64,000 bases of DNA from Candidatus Vogelbacteria bacterium (GTDB lineage Bacteria; Patescibacteriota; Minisyncoccia; Phycocordibacterales; XYD1-FULL-46-19). This document shows positions 1 through 9,934 of this stretch, in pieces. Numbering within the stretch: position 1 is the first letter of the stretch; each line of letters begins with the position of its first letter. The DNA lies in the NCBI GenBank assembly GCA_021414225.1, contig JAIOOX010000002.1, forward strand, positions 25,113-89,112. The letters run 5' to 3'. Under the pieces are notes generated by a model, which saw only the letters and a program-made list of their open reading frames with translations, was not told the origin of the DNA and searched no databases. Position numbers and translations under genes: made by a program.

Positions 1-281
1 AAGTAAGTCTCAAGAATAGCTAATTCTACTTTCTCATCATCAGCTAATTCTGGTCGGCCACCAGCGATAAATTGGTCAATGGAATCTTTTCGTTGTTTAG
101 AGGTACGCTTGATAACTGCTAAGACCTCCTCATCGGTTAGTAGGTCGGTCGGGGTTTTACCTTTAGCGACAGCTTCGTTAGTAAAAGCGCTGACTAAGCC
201 ACGAACCACTGTCAATTTGACCTGGTCTTTAGCTTTCATGGCTTCTTTAATTTCATTTTTGATTTGCTCGTGTAGGGACAT
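1..281 (-). CDS. GatB/YqeY domain protein (3' end outside window)
   Basis: Manual translation from ATG at 281: MSLHEQIKNEIKEAMKAKDQVKLTVVRGLVSAFTNEAVAKG...KQRKDSIDQFIAGGRPELADDEKVELAILETYL, the YqeY family pattern. Confidence 0.85.
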   Translation of the reverse strand, partial: MSLHEQIKNEIKEAMKAKDQVKLTVVRGLVSAFTNEAVAKGKTPTDLLTDEEVLAVIKRTSKQRKDSIDQFIAGGRPELADDEKVELAILETY

Positions 282-343
282 GGTATTTAAAGTTAACGAT
301 TATAAAGATATTGTGGCATAAAAAGGGTCTTTAGAAAAGGGAA

Positions 344-377
344 GTCCCGGAGCGACGCAGATGGCGCGCTCCGGGAC
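344..377 (-). terminator. GC-rich hairpin terminator of the 381-569 ORF
   Basis: gtcccggagcg ... cgctccgggac 11-bp stem, pyrimidine tail on the minus strand. Confidence 0.6.
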
Positions 378-380
378 AGG

Positions 381-569
381 TCACCATTGGTGGTGACATT
401 TTTTGCAATATTTCAAGACACTTCGATTGTGGTCGGTACCGATCGGTTTAATCTTTGTTTTGTCGGAGTTCCCGCAATTCGGGCAGGAACCGAAAACCAG
501 AGATTTAATACCTAGGCGCAGACCTTTCCAGCTTTGACGGAGTTGCATCATCACCACTTCAATGTCCAT
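381..569 (-). CDS. small zinc-ribbon hypothetical protein
   Basis: 62 aa with CPNCG...CKKC; AGGAG Shine-Dalgarno 8 nt before ATG; own terminator. Confidence 0.65.
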   Translation of the reverse strand: MDIEVVMMQLRQSWKGLRLGIKSLVFGSCPNCGNSDKTKIKPIGTDHNRSVLKYCKKCHHQW

Positions 570-668
570 GGCTAGTGCTCCTTTCTGGCTCTGTTATTAA
601 TCATAGACCTATTTAAGCTATAAAGACAATGGGTAAGCAAAAATTAGAAAATCATATATACTTTCCAT

Positions 669-3635
669 ATGTCAGATCTAGACTATAAATTCACTGAAGA
701 ATATAAGCGTTTAAATACTCACCAAAAGGAGGCGGTGGACACTATTGAAGGTCCGGTGATGGTGGTGGCTGGTCCAGGGACAGGTAAAACTCAAATTTTA
801 ACCTTACGCATTGCCAATATTCTCAAACAAACCGATACCGCCCCGGCTAATATTTTAGCCTTAACCTTTACTGAAAGCGCGGCGGCCAATATGCGGAAAC
901 GTTTAGCGACTATTGTTGGTAGTCGAGCCTACCAGGTGGTGATTAGTACTTTTCATGGTTTTTGTAATGACGTGATCAAAAATTATCCAGAAGAATTCCC
1001 GCGAATTATTGGTTCGACTAATATTACGGAGATTGATCAAATAAAAATCATCGAAGAGTTACTGAACAAGTTGCCGTTGAAAATTTTGCGACCATTTGGT
1101 GATCCGCTGTTGTATGTGAAGCCAATCTTGTCATCGATTAATGAATTAAAACGAGAAGGTTTGAGTCCAGCTGAGTTTACTCAGATTGTGGTTAAAAAAG
1201 ATAAATCGTTTGATCAAATTCCTGACTTGCGCCACGAGAAAGGAGCTCATAAAGGTAAAGTGAAATCAATGTACGAAAAGTTGCGTCGGCAGATTGATAA
1301 AAATTTGGAATTGGCCGACGTTTATGCTGGTTACGAAGCGGAACTGACTAAACGTAAATTTTATGATTACAGTGACATGATCATGGAAGTGTTGCGGGAA
1401 TTGCGAACCAATCAGACTTTGCTCTCTAGTCTCCAAGAAGAACATCAATACATTTTGGTGGATGAACATCAAGATACCAACAATGCCCAAAATAAAGTCT
1501 TGGAATTAATCGCTAGCTTTCATGACTATCCCAACTTGTTTGTGGTGGGGGACGAAAAGCAAGCTGTCTTTCGTTTTCAGGGAGCATCGCTAGAAAATTT
1601 TTATTATTTCAAACACCGTTTTCCAGAAGCTAAATTAATAGTCTTGGAAGATAATTACCGTTCGACACAGGCGATTCTTGACCAGGCTCATTCACTGCTA
1701 CCTGGTCAGGCGGAGTTGAAGGCTAACACGGGTCACTTAGCCGAATCTATCAAAGTAGCTGTCTGTTCGTCGCCCTTATCGGAGTTGTATTTTGTGGCTT
1801 CGTCCGTCAAATATCAGATTGCGTCCGGGGTTGAGCCGTCAGAGATAGCTGTTTTGTATCGAGACAATCGAGACGCTTTTCCTATTGCTAACGTACTTGA
1901 TAAATTGGGGGTGTCTTGTGTGATTGAATCTGATGACAATTTACTCGCCGATATTGATATTCGGAAGTTGCTGATTTTATTTAAAGCTATTTATTATTTT
2001 GATAATGATGAAGCTTTGGCTCAAGCTCTACATTTAGACTTCTTGGGAGTAGAACCAATTGACGCTTATGGTTTGATCAGACAAGCTAGTCAATCAAAAC
2101 AATCTTTGATTTCTTTGGTAGGCGGAAAGTTTCCAACCTTAGCCAAACAACTGTCCGATTGGAATGTGGCGAGCCATAATTTGGAATTACTACCACTCGT
2201 GGAGAAAGTTTTGAAAGAATCAAAGTTGCTAGACAGGCTAGTCACCAGCAGTACGGCTCGAAAACGGCTAGAGACCATTGGTGCTTTATTTAATACTATG
2301 TCTGATTTGGTGGCGAGCCATCCGGAAGCGGGGCTAGAAGATTTCCTCGAATTTATCGAAACGGTCAACAAACATCAAGTGTTATTGAAAAATAAAAGTC
2401 GAGCAAGTGTGGTTGGCAAGGTACGCCTGATGACTGTCCATCGGTCCAAAGGTTTGGAGTTTCAATCGGTCTTTATTATTGGCGCTTATGACGGTCACTT
2501 TGGTGGTCGGAGTAGTCGCGACAAATTGAAGTTATTGTCCGAAATATATCAGTTGGTTGATAGAGACAAAGAAGGGGGTGAAGAGGACGACAAAGATACT
2601 GGTGATGAACGACGCTTGTTTTATGTAGCCTTAACTAGAGCTAAGCAATTGGTCACCATTAGTTTGTCGGCGATTAGTGATAGTGGTCGTGAACAGGTGC
2701 CAAGTCAGTTTATTGCCGAACTGAAGCCTGAGTTAATAGAATATGTTGATACAAGTGGTTTGACTGACAAGTTAGCTGAAGTTCGAGAAACTTTGCTTAG
2801 CCCGACTCCAGCCAAGGAGAGTGACCTAAAGGATCGGGAATATATTGCTGGTTTGTTTCGTGATCAGGGTTTGTCGGTCACAGCTTTAAATAACTACCTG
2901 GCTTGTCCATGGCAATACTTTTATCGTAATCTCATTCGTTTGCCAGCGGTGCCGACCAAGCATCAGGCTTATGGTATTGCGGTTCACGCGGCCCTCAGAG
3001 ACGCCTTCAAGCATGCCAAGGAGCGAGATATTACCAAAGAGTCACTCTTGGCTAGTTTTGAGAAGTATCTTCGTCAGGAGCCGTTAACGGAAAAGGATTT
3101 GGTGGAGACCTTGGCAAAAGGTTTGGAATCACTTAGTGGGTGGTTTGATACTTATCACCAAAGTTGGAATATTAATGTGTTGACCGAGTTTAATATTAAA
3201 GGAGTGGAGTTAACTTCAGATATTAAATTGGTGGGAATGCTCGATAAAATAGAGTTTACAGGGGATGGTGCTGATGTAAATGTAGCAGATTATAAAACTG
3301 GCAAGCCAAAAAGCCGGAATGATTTGATGGGCGCGACTCGTGATGCGGATGGAAATTATTACCGCCAGTTGGTGTTTTATAAAATCCTGTTAGATTTATT
3401 TGAGGATGGAAAGTATAAGATGATGTCTGGGGAAATAGATTTCGTGGAGCCAAATGATACGGGGAAGTATAAAAAAGAAAAGTTTGAGATTCCAGATAAT
3501 GATGTGATTGAATTGACTGATACGATTAAAAAAGTGGCGGATGAAATTATTAATCTAAAGTTTTGGGATAAAACTTGTGATGATAAGGATTGTGAATACT
3601 GTGCCTTGCGACGGCTAATGACAGACGCTAACTAA
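669..3635 (+). CDS. UvrD/PcrA-family SF1 helicase fused to a C-terminal PD-(D/E)XK nuclease
   Basis: AGPGTGKT, VDEHQD, GDEKQA, NYRS, TVHRSKGLEF, YVALTRA motifs; C-terminal GMLDKIE..DYKTG and CxxxxCxxC. Confidence 0.9.
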   Translation: MSDLDYKFTEEYKRLNTHQKEAVDTIEGPVMVVAGPGTGKTQILTLRIANILKQTDTAPANILALTFTESAAANMRKRLATIVGSRAYQVVISTFHGFCNDVIKNYPEEFPRIIGSTNITEIDQIKIIEELLNKLPLKILRPFGDPLLYVKPILSSINELKREGLSPAEFTQIVVKKDKSFDQIPDLRHEKGAHKGKVKSMYEKLRRQIDKNLELADVYAGYEAELTKRKFYDYSDMIMEVLRELRTNQTLLSSLQEEHQYILVDEHQDTNNAQNKVLELIASFHDYPNLFVVGDEKQAVFRFQGASLENFYYFKHRFPEAKLIVLEDNYRSTQAILDQAHSLLPGQAELKANTGHLAESIKVAVCSSPLSELYFVASSVKYQIASGVEPSEIAVLYRDNRDAFPIANVLDKLGVSCVIESDDNLLADIDIRKLLILFKAIYYFDNDEALAQALHLDFLGVEPIDAYGLIRQASQSKQSLISLVGGKFPTLAKQLSDWNVASHNLELLPLVEKVLKESKLLDRLVTSSTARKRLETIGALFNTMSDLVASHPEAGLEDFLEFIETVNKHQVLLKNKSRASVVGKVRLMTVHRSKGLEFQSVFIIGAYDGHFGGRSSRDKLKLLSEIYQLVDRDKEGGEEDDKDTGDERRLFYVALTRAKQLVTISLSAISDSGREQVPSQFIAELKPELIEYVDTSGLTDKLAEVRETLLSPTPAKESDLKDREYIAGLFRDQGLSVTALNNYLACPWQYFYRNLIRLPAVPTKHQAYGIAVHAALRDAFKHAKERDITKESLLASFEKYLRQEPLTEKDLVETLAKGLESLSGWFDTYHQSWNINVLTEFNIKGVELTSDIKLVGMLDKIEFTGDGADVNVADYKTGKPKSRNDLMGATRDADGNYYRQLVFYKILLDLFEDGKYKMMSGEIDFVEPNDTGKYKKEKFEIPDNDVIELTDTIKKVADEIINLKFWDKTCDDKDCEYCALRRLMTDAN

Positions 3636-3725
3636 AGCAATTTTGGAGCACGGATATTTTCTTGCTAGAAAATTCCTCAAGTCTCGATCCGTCGATCTTC
3701 CGAAGTCTCCAAAATTGCTTTAGTT
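3630..3725. repeat. structured palindromic element, family I, copy 1
   Basis: 19-bp perfect inverted repeat (3630-3648/3707-3725) around a core shared with 9935-10036. Confidence 0.75.
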
Positions 3726-3751
3726 TGCTTAACTTAAAAAATAAAAAAACA

Positions 3752-3803
3752 AAACCCGCCCCACGAACGCAAGGCGGGAATCGTCTTGGTTGCGGGCGGG
3801 GTT
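3752..3803 (-). terminator. GC-rich hairpin terminator of the 3802-4140 ORF
   Basis: aacccgccc ... gggcggggtt stem followed by a T-run on the minus strand. Confidence 0.55.
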
Positions 3804-4140
3804 AGGTGATTGGTTTAGGGATTCTTCTTTTCCCTGTCTGCTTCACCATATCGAGTATCACTTCCCAGGTGTACAGATCATTTGTGTGCTGAACGCCGTG
3901 CTCAAGCCTCTCAAGGGCCCTTAGCTGATTCACATTTTCTTGCGGAAAGTGATCCAGTTCGGCTTTTAAGATGCGTGCATCTCGGGCCAGGTCAGCTTTT
4001 TCTCTTTCTAGCTTCTCCAAACGTTTCGCCCGTTTGGCGACTTGTTCGTTCTTCGCTTCCTTGAGAATCAGACACAATAACAGCATACAGGTGACCATAA
4101 CGCCGAGGCAGATGGTGATAATCACTTCCGGAGTGCTCAT
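3802..4140 (-). CDS. hypothetical membrane-anchored coiled-coil protein
   Basis: 112 aa, N-terminal TM helix then heptad-like segment; GAGAGG Shine-Dalgarno. Confidence 0.7.
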   Translation of the reverse strand: MSTPEVIITICLGVMVTCMLLLCLILKEAKNEQVAKRAKRLEKLEREKADLARDARILKAELDHFPQENVNQLRALERLEHGVQHTNDLYTWEVILDMVKQTGKRRIPKPIT

Positions 4141-4241
4141 ATGAGACCTCTCTTTTTGTTCAGGTTTATAATTATAAAATTGGCCACATAGCCAATCTAT
4201 CTAATCATTATTATGACATATATTTATATAAAATGCAAGTT

Positions 4242-5426
4242 CTATCGAGTATCTTTGAGAGTAAGACTTGGATAGAGACCTAAAAGTGTCACAACACCTA
4301 GAGCGAAGAATATGGTTTGGTAGTTGTCGGTGTTAAGGAAAATTAAAGCAAAAGCTGGGGCGGCTATATAAGCTAAAGGTGAAAGGTTTCTCGAGAAGCT
4401 AAGGATGGGGGCGTCGTTCCCGTCAATTCGTTTGAAAAGAGCTGTTTCTTTCATAATCTCGATGGTGGCGGCACCCACTCGAGTTAGAAAAAGTAGCCCT
4501 GCCCAGAGCCACATATATTTCGTCTGCAAAGTTGATATTAAAATAGTGGCGACACCGGCAATCATAAAGCCAGTCGCCAAGAGTTCTCGTTCACCCAACC
4601 ACTTGTCGGCTATTTTACCGAGTGGGTATTCAATGATAACAAATGGAATTAACATGATGGTGAAAATAAAACCGATTTCTGTCCAAGAAAAACCAATTTG
4701 TTCATGAAGGAGTAGTGGTAAATAAATCACCATGACTGCGTAGAAGAAGTTTAGTAAAAAATCGGTTGTGAGAATTTTGCGAAGAGCTCGATCTTTGGCG
4801 GTGTTTAATTTGCCCAATCGGGCCAATAGGTCTTGGATGGTGCTGGTTGGGTCACACACTGTTCGTTCGGGTAAAACCTTACCAATAATGATCATGAAAG
4901 GCACCATTAAAATCGCGGAAATAAAATACAATAAATAAAATCTTTCGGTTGGACCCAAGATGGTGCTAGCAATGATAGGAGAAGCGAGCCAAGCTAGGTT
5001 GATGATAGTCATAAAGACGCCACGGATACCACCAGTGTCTTTGTTGTCAGAGATTGTTTCTAGATAAAGATCGGTGTTATAACGGGCGACTTGAGTGAGG
5101 GCGTAGTAGGAGATAAAACCCAAGATCGAAAATAAAACCAGAGGGGATTGCCAGACAATGAGGAGTAGTCCACCAATACTGAGGCTGGAAATAATAACGG
5201 TTGATAATTTGATTCCTAGTCGACACAGGATCTTAGGTATTAGTAGGGTTAAAATAATCGTAGTAATAGAGCCTAAACTATAAATTAACCCAACTTTATT
5301 TTCGGGTACTAAAGTAGCTAAATAGGAGGAGTTGATGTAGGAAGTCAGAGAAGCGGTCAGAGTTAAAAAAAAGACCGCTACATAGGTGATAATGCGAAGT
5401 TGTTTGGCTGAAGCGTTTACGAGCAT
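4242..5426 (-). CDS. MFS transporter
   Basis: 394 aa, about 12 TM segments, GKIADKWLGER motif A-like loop. Confidence 0.85.
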   Translation of the reverse strand: MLVNASAKQLRIITYVAVFFLTLTASLTSYINSSYLATLVPENKVGLIYSLGSITTIILTLLIPKILCRLGIKLSTVIISSLSIGGLLLIVWQSPLVLFSILGFISYYALTQVARYNTDLYLETISDNKDTGGIRGVFMTIINLAWLASPIIASTILGPTERFYLLYFISAILMVPFMIIIGKVLPERTVCDPTSTIQDLLARLGKLNTAKDRALRKILTTDFLLNFFYAVMVIYLPLLLHEQIGFSWTEIGFIFTIMLIPFVIIEYPLGKIADKWLGERELLATGFMIAGVATILISTLQTKYMWLWAGLLFLTRVGAATIEIMKETALFKRIDGNDAPILSFSRNLSPLAYIAAPAFALIFLNTDNYQTIFFALGVVTLLGLYPSLTLKDTR

Positions 5427-5450
5427 GGGTTAATTATACTGGAAGAGTGG

Positions 5451-5488
5451 TAATTTAAAAACCCGCCGATCGGCGGGTTTTTAAATTA
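5451..5488. terminator. 38-bp perfect palindrome, terminator of rnj
   Basis: taatttaaaaacccgccga/tcggcgggtttttaaatta. Confidence 0.8.
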
Positions 5489-7381
5489 AACTTCAATTAA
5501 GACAGGAAGAATGATTGGTCGTTTGTGAGTTTTTTGGAAGAGGTATCTACCCAAGTCTTCTCGAACGGAATTTTTGAGATAATCAAAATTAATTGGGTGC
5601 ATTTTACTGGTGGCGTCTTCAATTGTTTTTTTAGTTAAGCCACGAACTTGGTGAAGGAGATCTTGAGATTCTTTTAGATAAACAAAGCCACGAGAAATAA
5701 TGTCTGGTGATTTGCGAACCTTACCAGTTTTTACATCAATAATGGCGATGACCACAAACATACCGTCTTGTGACAAGACCTGTCGATCACGAATGACTAC
5801 TTCTTGAACATTGTCGTTGCCTAAACCGTCAACCATTACTAAGCGACTAGAAGCTGTTTCCTTGCGAGGGATCATTTTGGTTCCACCTTCAATGATTTCT
5901 ACAATCATGCCGTTGTCTGGTACAACAATATTTTTCTCAGGCATACCTAGTGAAATGGCTAAATCTTCGTGAACGCGCAACATGTAATGACTGCCGTGTA
6001 CTGGCATGAAGAACTTCGGCTTAATCATTTTGTGAATCCAGGCCATTTCACCACTGTAAGAGTGGCCAGATGAGTGGACGTTGGCGATACCATAGTGAAT
6101 GATCTTAGCTCCAAGGCGAGCTAAGTTGTCTTTCAATCGATCAACACTTTTTTCATTACCAGGAATAACAGATGAAGATAGTAAGACAGTGTCTCCCTTT
6201 TTCAATTTGAAAGTACGGTGTTCTTTATTGGAGATACGCATTAAAGCAGCAAACTCGTCACCTTGAGCGCCGGTAGCCAAGACTACTAGACGATCGTCGG
6301 GATAATCCCCAATACTTTCTGAGGGGATAATAGTATCTTTGTTTACTTTAAGAATACCGAGTTCTTTAGCGATCTCGATATTATTTTTCATCGAACGTCC
6401 TTCGACGGCGACTTTTTTGCCCAATTCTTCAGCGGACTGAACAACTGAGATGATGCGATCAAATAAAGAAGCAAAAGTCCCAATAACTATTCGGCCGGGC
6501 ACGTTGCGGATGATTTCTTTTAGGTTGGCGTGGACTTCTTTTTCTGGATAAGAGAATCCTTCCTTGGTGACGTTTGTGGAATCAGCGATAAGGAGTAGAT
6601 TATTTTCCGCTCCGAGTTTAGTGTAGGTATCAATCTCAAATTGAGCTGGAACACCATCCTTATTTTCGATTTTTAAATCGCCAGTGAAAATGACATTACC
6701 ATAAGGGGTTTCGACGATGACACCAAAACAGTCAGGAATAGTGTGAGTGGCCCCGAAGAAACGAATCTTAAGGTCTCCTAGTTGCAAACTCTCATGTTTT
6801 TCCACCAAACGAATATCTAGTTTGGGTAGATAAGGAAATTCTTCTTGACGCTTCTTAATCATAACTGAGGTCAATAGAGAAGTATAAAGTGGCGGATTGC
6901 CGAGTTTTGGCATGACATAAGGGATACCCCCGATGTGGTCAAGGTGGCCGTGAGTAATAATAACCGCTTTGATTTTGTGTTTATTATCTTCAACGTAAGT
7001 AGAGTCAGGAATAATGTAATCAATACCAGGAGTTTCTTCGCCAGGGAAAGCTAGACCGATGTCGATCACTAAAATGGTGTTATCAAATTCGATTGCGGTC
7101 ATATTCTTACCGATTTCTTCTACCCCTCCAAGAGGAATAACCCGGATAACACCCGGGTCAATTGGTGGAATAATTTGTTTTTGACGATTATCGCTTTTCT
7201 CACCACCATCACCACTGTTGTGGGGTTGGCTATTACCGAAAGGTCGACGACGTGGGCCACCTGGTCGAGAGTTAGGTGGGCGTCTGGTTGGTCGACGATT
7301 GCCGGCTGGTTTTGGTTTATTGGTGTCAGGACTTGGGACGGTGGCCGGAACTGCTGTTTGGTTGCTATCTGTTGTTTCCAT
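5486..7381 (-). CDS. rnj: ribonuclease J
   Basis: PLGGVEEIGKN, THGHLDHIGG, HSSGH, PVHG motifs; beta-CASP architecture. Confidence 0.95.
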   Translation of the reverse strand: METTDSNQTAVPATVPSPDTNKPKPAGNRRPTRRPPNSRPGGPRRRPFGNSQPHNSGDGGEKSDNRQKQIIPPIDPGVIRVIPLGGVEEIGKNMTAIEFDNTILVIDIGLAFPGEETPGIDYIIPDSTYVEDNKHKIKAVIITHGHLDHIGGIPYVMPKLGNPPLYTSLLTSVMIKKRQEEFPYLPKLDIRLVEKHESLQLGDLKIRFFGATHTIPDCFGVIVETPYGNVIFTGDLKIENKDGVPAQFEIDTYTKLGAENNLLLIADSTNVTKEGFSYPEKEVHANLKEIIRNVPGRIVIGTFASLFDRIISVVQSAEELGKKVAVEGRSMKNNIEIAKELGILKVNKDTIIPSESIGDYPDDRLVVLATGAQGDEFAALMRISNKEHRTFKLKKGDTVLLSSSVIPGNEKSVDRLKDNLARLGAKIIHYGIANVHSSGHSYSGEMAWIHKMIKPKFFMPVHGSHYMLRVHEDLAISLGMPEKNIVVPDNGMIVEIIEGGTKMIPRKETASSRLVMVDGLGNDNVQEVVIRDRQVLSQDGMFVVIAIIDVKTGKVRKSPDIISRGFVYLKESQDLLHQVRGLTKKTIEDATSKMHPINFDYLKNSVREDLGRYLFQKTHKRPIILPVLIEV

Positions 7382-7407
7382 AAATGTTGTTCTAATTTAA
7401 TAATTTT

Positions 7408-9192
7408 CTATTGTTTAATAATGTTGTTGTTGCTAGCAAATATTTTCCAAATACTCTCGGTGTTAATGAATGTTTTGTGTATCTCATTAAATCGATCGCT
7501 GGTAGTTTGGAGAGTATTTAGTTTTAGGTTTTTTAGTTCATCGGGTATCGCATAAATAAAATAAGGAGCATATAAGAAGATGGCGGGAATATCATTTTGA
7601 ATTTCTTGGATAGCTTTATTTTGATCAATTTTACTTTGATCAGGATCTAAGGTGGTGCGAGAATTATCCAACCATTTGTCTACTTTAAGGTTTGTATATT
7701 GGGCAATATTTAAACCAGGATCTAAACGTTGAGATGAGTGCCAAAAAGCAAATAAGCCTTGATTTTGACTGACCACCTGACCAAATAGAAGAGCATCATA
7801 TTTACGAGGTCTAATAGCTGTTTGTTGTAAGGTTCCAGTTTCAAAAACTTTTAACTCAACATCAACTCCAACTTTTTTCCAAGTATTTTGGATTATTTCG
7901 CCCGCTTTTTTTAACTCTGGTGTATCAGAAGTTGATAAGGACAAACTCAAAGTAGTTGTAGTTTTCTTTTTTGGGTCGGTTTTCTCGTAGATACCAGTGG
8001 AGGTATTTTTTTTCCAACCAGCTTGTTCTAAAATTGCCCGAGCTTGTTCAATTTTTTGGTTCTCGTTGTAATTGTCTTTAGGGGCTTGATTCGTTTGGGT
8101 GGGGCCGTTTAAAGGTAAGCCGTGACCCAGTAGAACTTTTGTGACTAGAGTGTCTTTATTGATAGCCGTGTCTAAAGCCAAGCGAACTTCTTTGTTGGCT
8201 AAAACGGGAGCTTGGTTTTGGTTAAAGAAAATAGCAAAAATACGAGGTAGGGGTGATTCCTCAACGCGAGCGTTTTTTAATTTTAAATTATTAGCCACTT
8301 CTGGACTGATCGCTGCCATCGAATTTATAGCACCAGTTTCGTAGGCTAACAAACGTTCAGTTTCGTTGGGATAAATATTTATGACAATGGAGATTCGTGG
8401 TTTACCTAGGGCAAAATTAGAAAAAGGCTCTAAGTTATAATATTGAGGAATACCAGTAGAATCTTTTTTCATCTTACTGATTAAGTAAGGTCCGGAACCA
8501 ATCGGATTAGTATTTAAATCACTAAAAGGGAAATTGTCTGGGGTGACATCTGACCATAAATGTTTTGGTAAAATACCGATAGTTAAATTTTCCAGAAAAC
8601 CAATATATGGTTGCTCTAGGACAAAAACAATTGTTTGAGCATCGGGTTTTTCTACAGAAACTCCCTGCCAGTTGGCCCGCCGAGGGCTTTTGATTAGAGG
8701 ATCTTGAGCTTTGCTGATAGTAAATTCAATGTCGTCACTAGTTAGAGGTTGATCGTCATGCCAGGTCAAATCTGGCTTTAAAGTAAAGGTGTAACGTTTA
8801 CCATCAGTTGAAACTTCGTATTTTTCTGCTAAATCAGTGGTTAGTGATCCATCAGCCTCCCTTCTTAGTAAACCAGAGTAGACTAAGTTGGTCATGTCTC
8901 GGTCGGTGTCGTAGGTGGCTAGAATCGGGTTAATAAATCTAAGTGGTCCGACCATGCCCTCTGTCATACTGCCACCACTGGTAGCAATTTGAGTCATGGA
9001 ATTTTTGTTAGCTAAGATTAAACTAGAAACCAAGGTAATGGTGCCTATAATAGCGAGACAGAGTAAAAGTAGCTGTACTTTTTTAGGAAAAGAAACATAA
9101 GCAGCTTTTAATTCTAACTTATTAGGGATAGCTCGGGAGTTGGTTAACCAAGAGCTAATCTTGGCTTTAAACGCCACAAAAAGATCGTTCAC
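7408..9192 (-). CDS. ABC transporter substrate-binding protein, family 5 (peptide/OppA-like)
   Basis: LVYSGLL, DLAEKYEVSTDGKRYTFTLK..WHD, PIGSGPY motifs; N-terminal TM; GTG start uncertain. Confidence 0.85.
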   Translation of the reverse strand: MNDLFVAFKAKISSWLTNSRAIPNKLELKAAYVSFPKKVQLLLLCLAIIGTITLVSSLILANKNSMTQIATSGGSMTEGMVGPLRFINPILATYDTDRDMTNLVYSGLLRREADGSLTTDLAEKYEVSTDGKRYTFTLKPDLTWHDDQPLTSDDIEFTISKAQDPLIKSPRRANWQGVSVEKPDAQTIVFVLEQPYIGFLENLTIGILPKHLWSDVTPDNFPFSDLNTNPIGSGPYLISKMKKDSTGIPQYYNLEPFSNFALGKPRISIVINIYPNETERLLAYETGAINSMAAISPEVANNLKLKNARVEESPLPRIFAIFFNQNQAPVLANKEVRLALDTAINKDTLVTKVLLGHGLPLNGPTQTNQAPKDNYNENQKIEQARAILEQAGWKKNTSTGIYEKTDPKKKTTTTLSLSLSTSDTPELKKAGEIIQNTWKKVGVDVELKVFETGTLQQTAIRPRKYDALLFGQVVSQNQGLFAFWHSSQRLDPGLNIAQYTNLKVDKWLDNSRTTLDPDQSKIDQNKAIQEIQNDIPAIFLYAPYFIYAIPDELKNLKLNTLQTTSDRFNEIHKTFINTESIWKIFASNNNIIKQ

Positions 9193-9271
9193 GGAATATA
9201 TTTAAGAGAGTCTAAAATTTGGTAAATTTAAAGATATAAGCAAAAACCGAATAGTATTATTGTAACTCAGG

Positions 9272-9502
9272 TTAGATGAACAATGCAAGGACAGCTGATC
9301 CAACAAACAGAATAGCAACAATAATAGTAGCGGTAAAAAAGGTTTTTTCTAGACCTCTTTTTTTGTGAAATGAACCAGCACTTTCTCCACCACCAAAGGC
9401 GGTACCTAGACTGGCGTCATTTTGTTGAAGTAAGACCAGACCTATTAAGACAATAGATAGTCCAACTTGAACATAGGGTAATATTGAACCTATAAGTTCC
9501 AT
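9272..9502 (-). CDS. secG: preprotein translocase subunit SecG
   Basis: LIGLVLLQQ..SLGTAFGGG...KRGLEK, two TM helices; start placed at ATG 9502. Confidence 0.9.
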   Translation of the reverse strand: MELIGSILPYVQVGLSIVLIGLVLLQQNDASLGTAFGGGESAGSFHKKRGLEKTFFTATIIVAILFVGSAVLALFI

Positions 9503-9627
9503 GGGTTGGATGTTAGCACGGATTTCAGTCGGTGACAATATCTGTCTTGACGTAGGTCTCCCTTCTGGCAATATAAAGGAGTTAAGTTGGTCGCTTTTAA
9601 AAATTGTAACTTTTTAAACAAGATTGT

Positions 9628-9930
9628 ATGAAAGGAATCAACATTAAGCCGTTAGGTGACCGAGTGTTGGTCTTACCTGAACGGGAAGAAAAGAATACAA
9701 CTAAATCAGGGATTATTATCCCAGATACTATTGATAAAGAACGTCCGGAACAGGGAACGGTTATAGCTGTCGGTGATGGCTGGTTTACCGAAGATGGTGA
9801 CTTGGTGCCATTGCGGATCAAGAAAGGTCAAACTGTTTTATTCTCTAAATATGGGCCTGACGAAATTAAATTTGAAGGTAAAGAATATTTTATTATTAAA
9901 GAGTCGAATATATTAGCAATAATCGAGTAG
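9628..9930 (+). CDS. groES: co-chaperonin GroES
   Basis: IKPLGDRVLV, TKSGIIIPD, GTVIAVG. Confidence 0.97.
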   Translation: MKGINIKPLGDRVLVLPEREEKNTTKSGIIIPDTIDKERPEQGTVIAVGDGWFTEDGDLVPLRIKKGQTVLFSKYGPDEIKFEGKEYFIIKESNILAIIE

Positions 9931-9934
9931 GGCG

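Noticed and set aside
79-321. 80-aa plus-strand ORF
   Set aside because: Antisense shadow of the YqeY gene on the minus strand.
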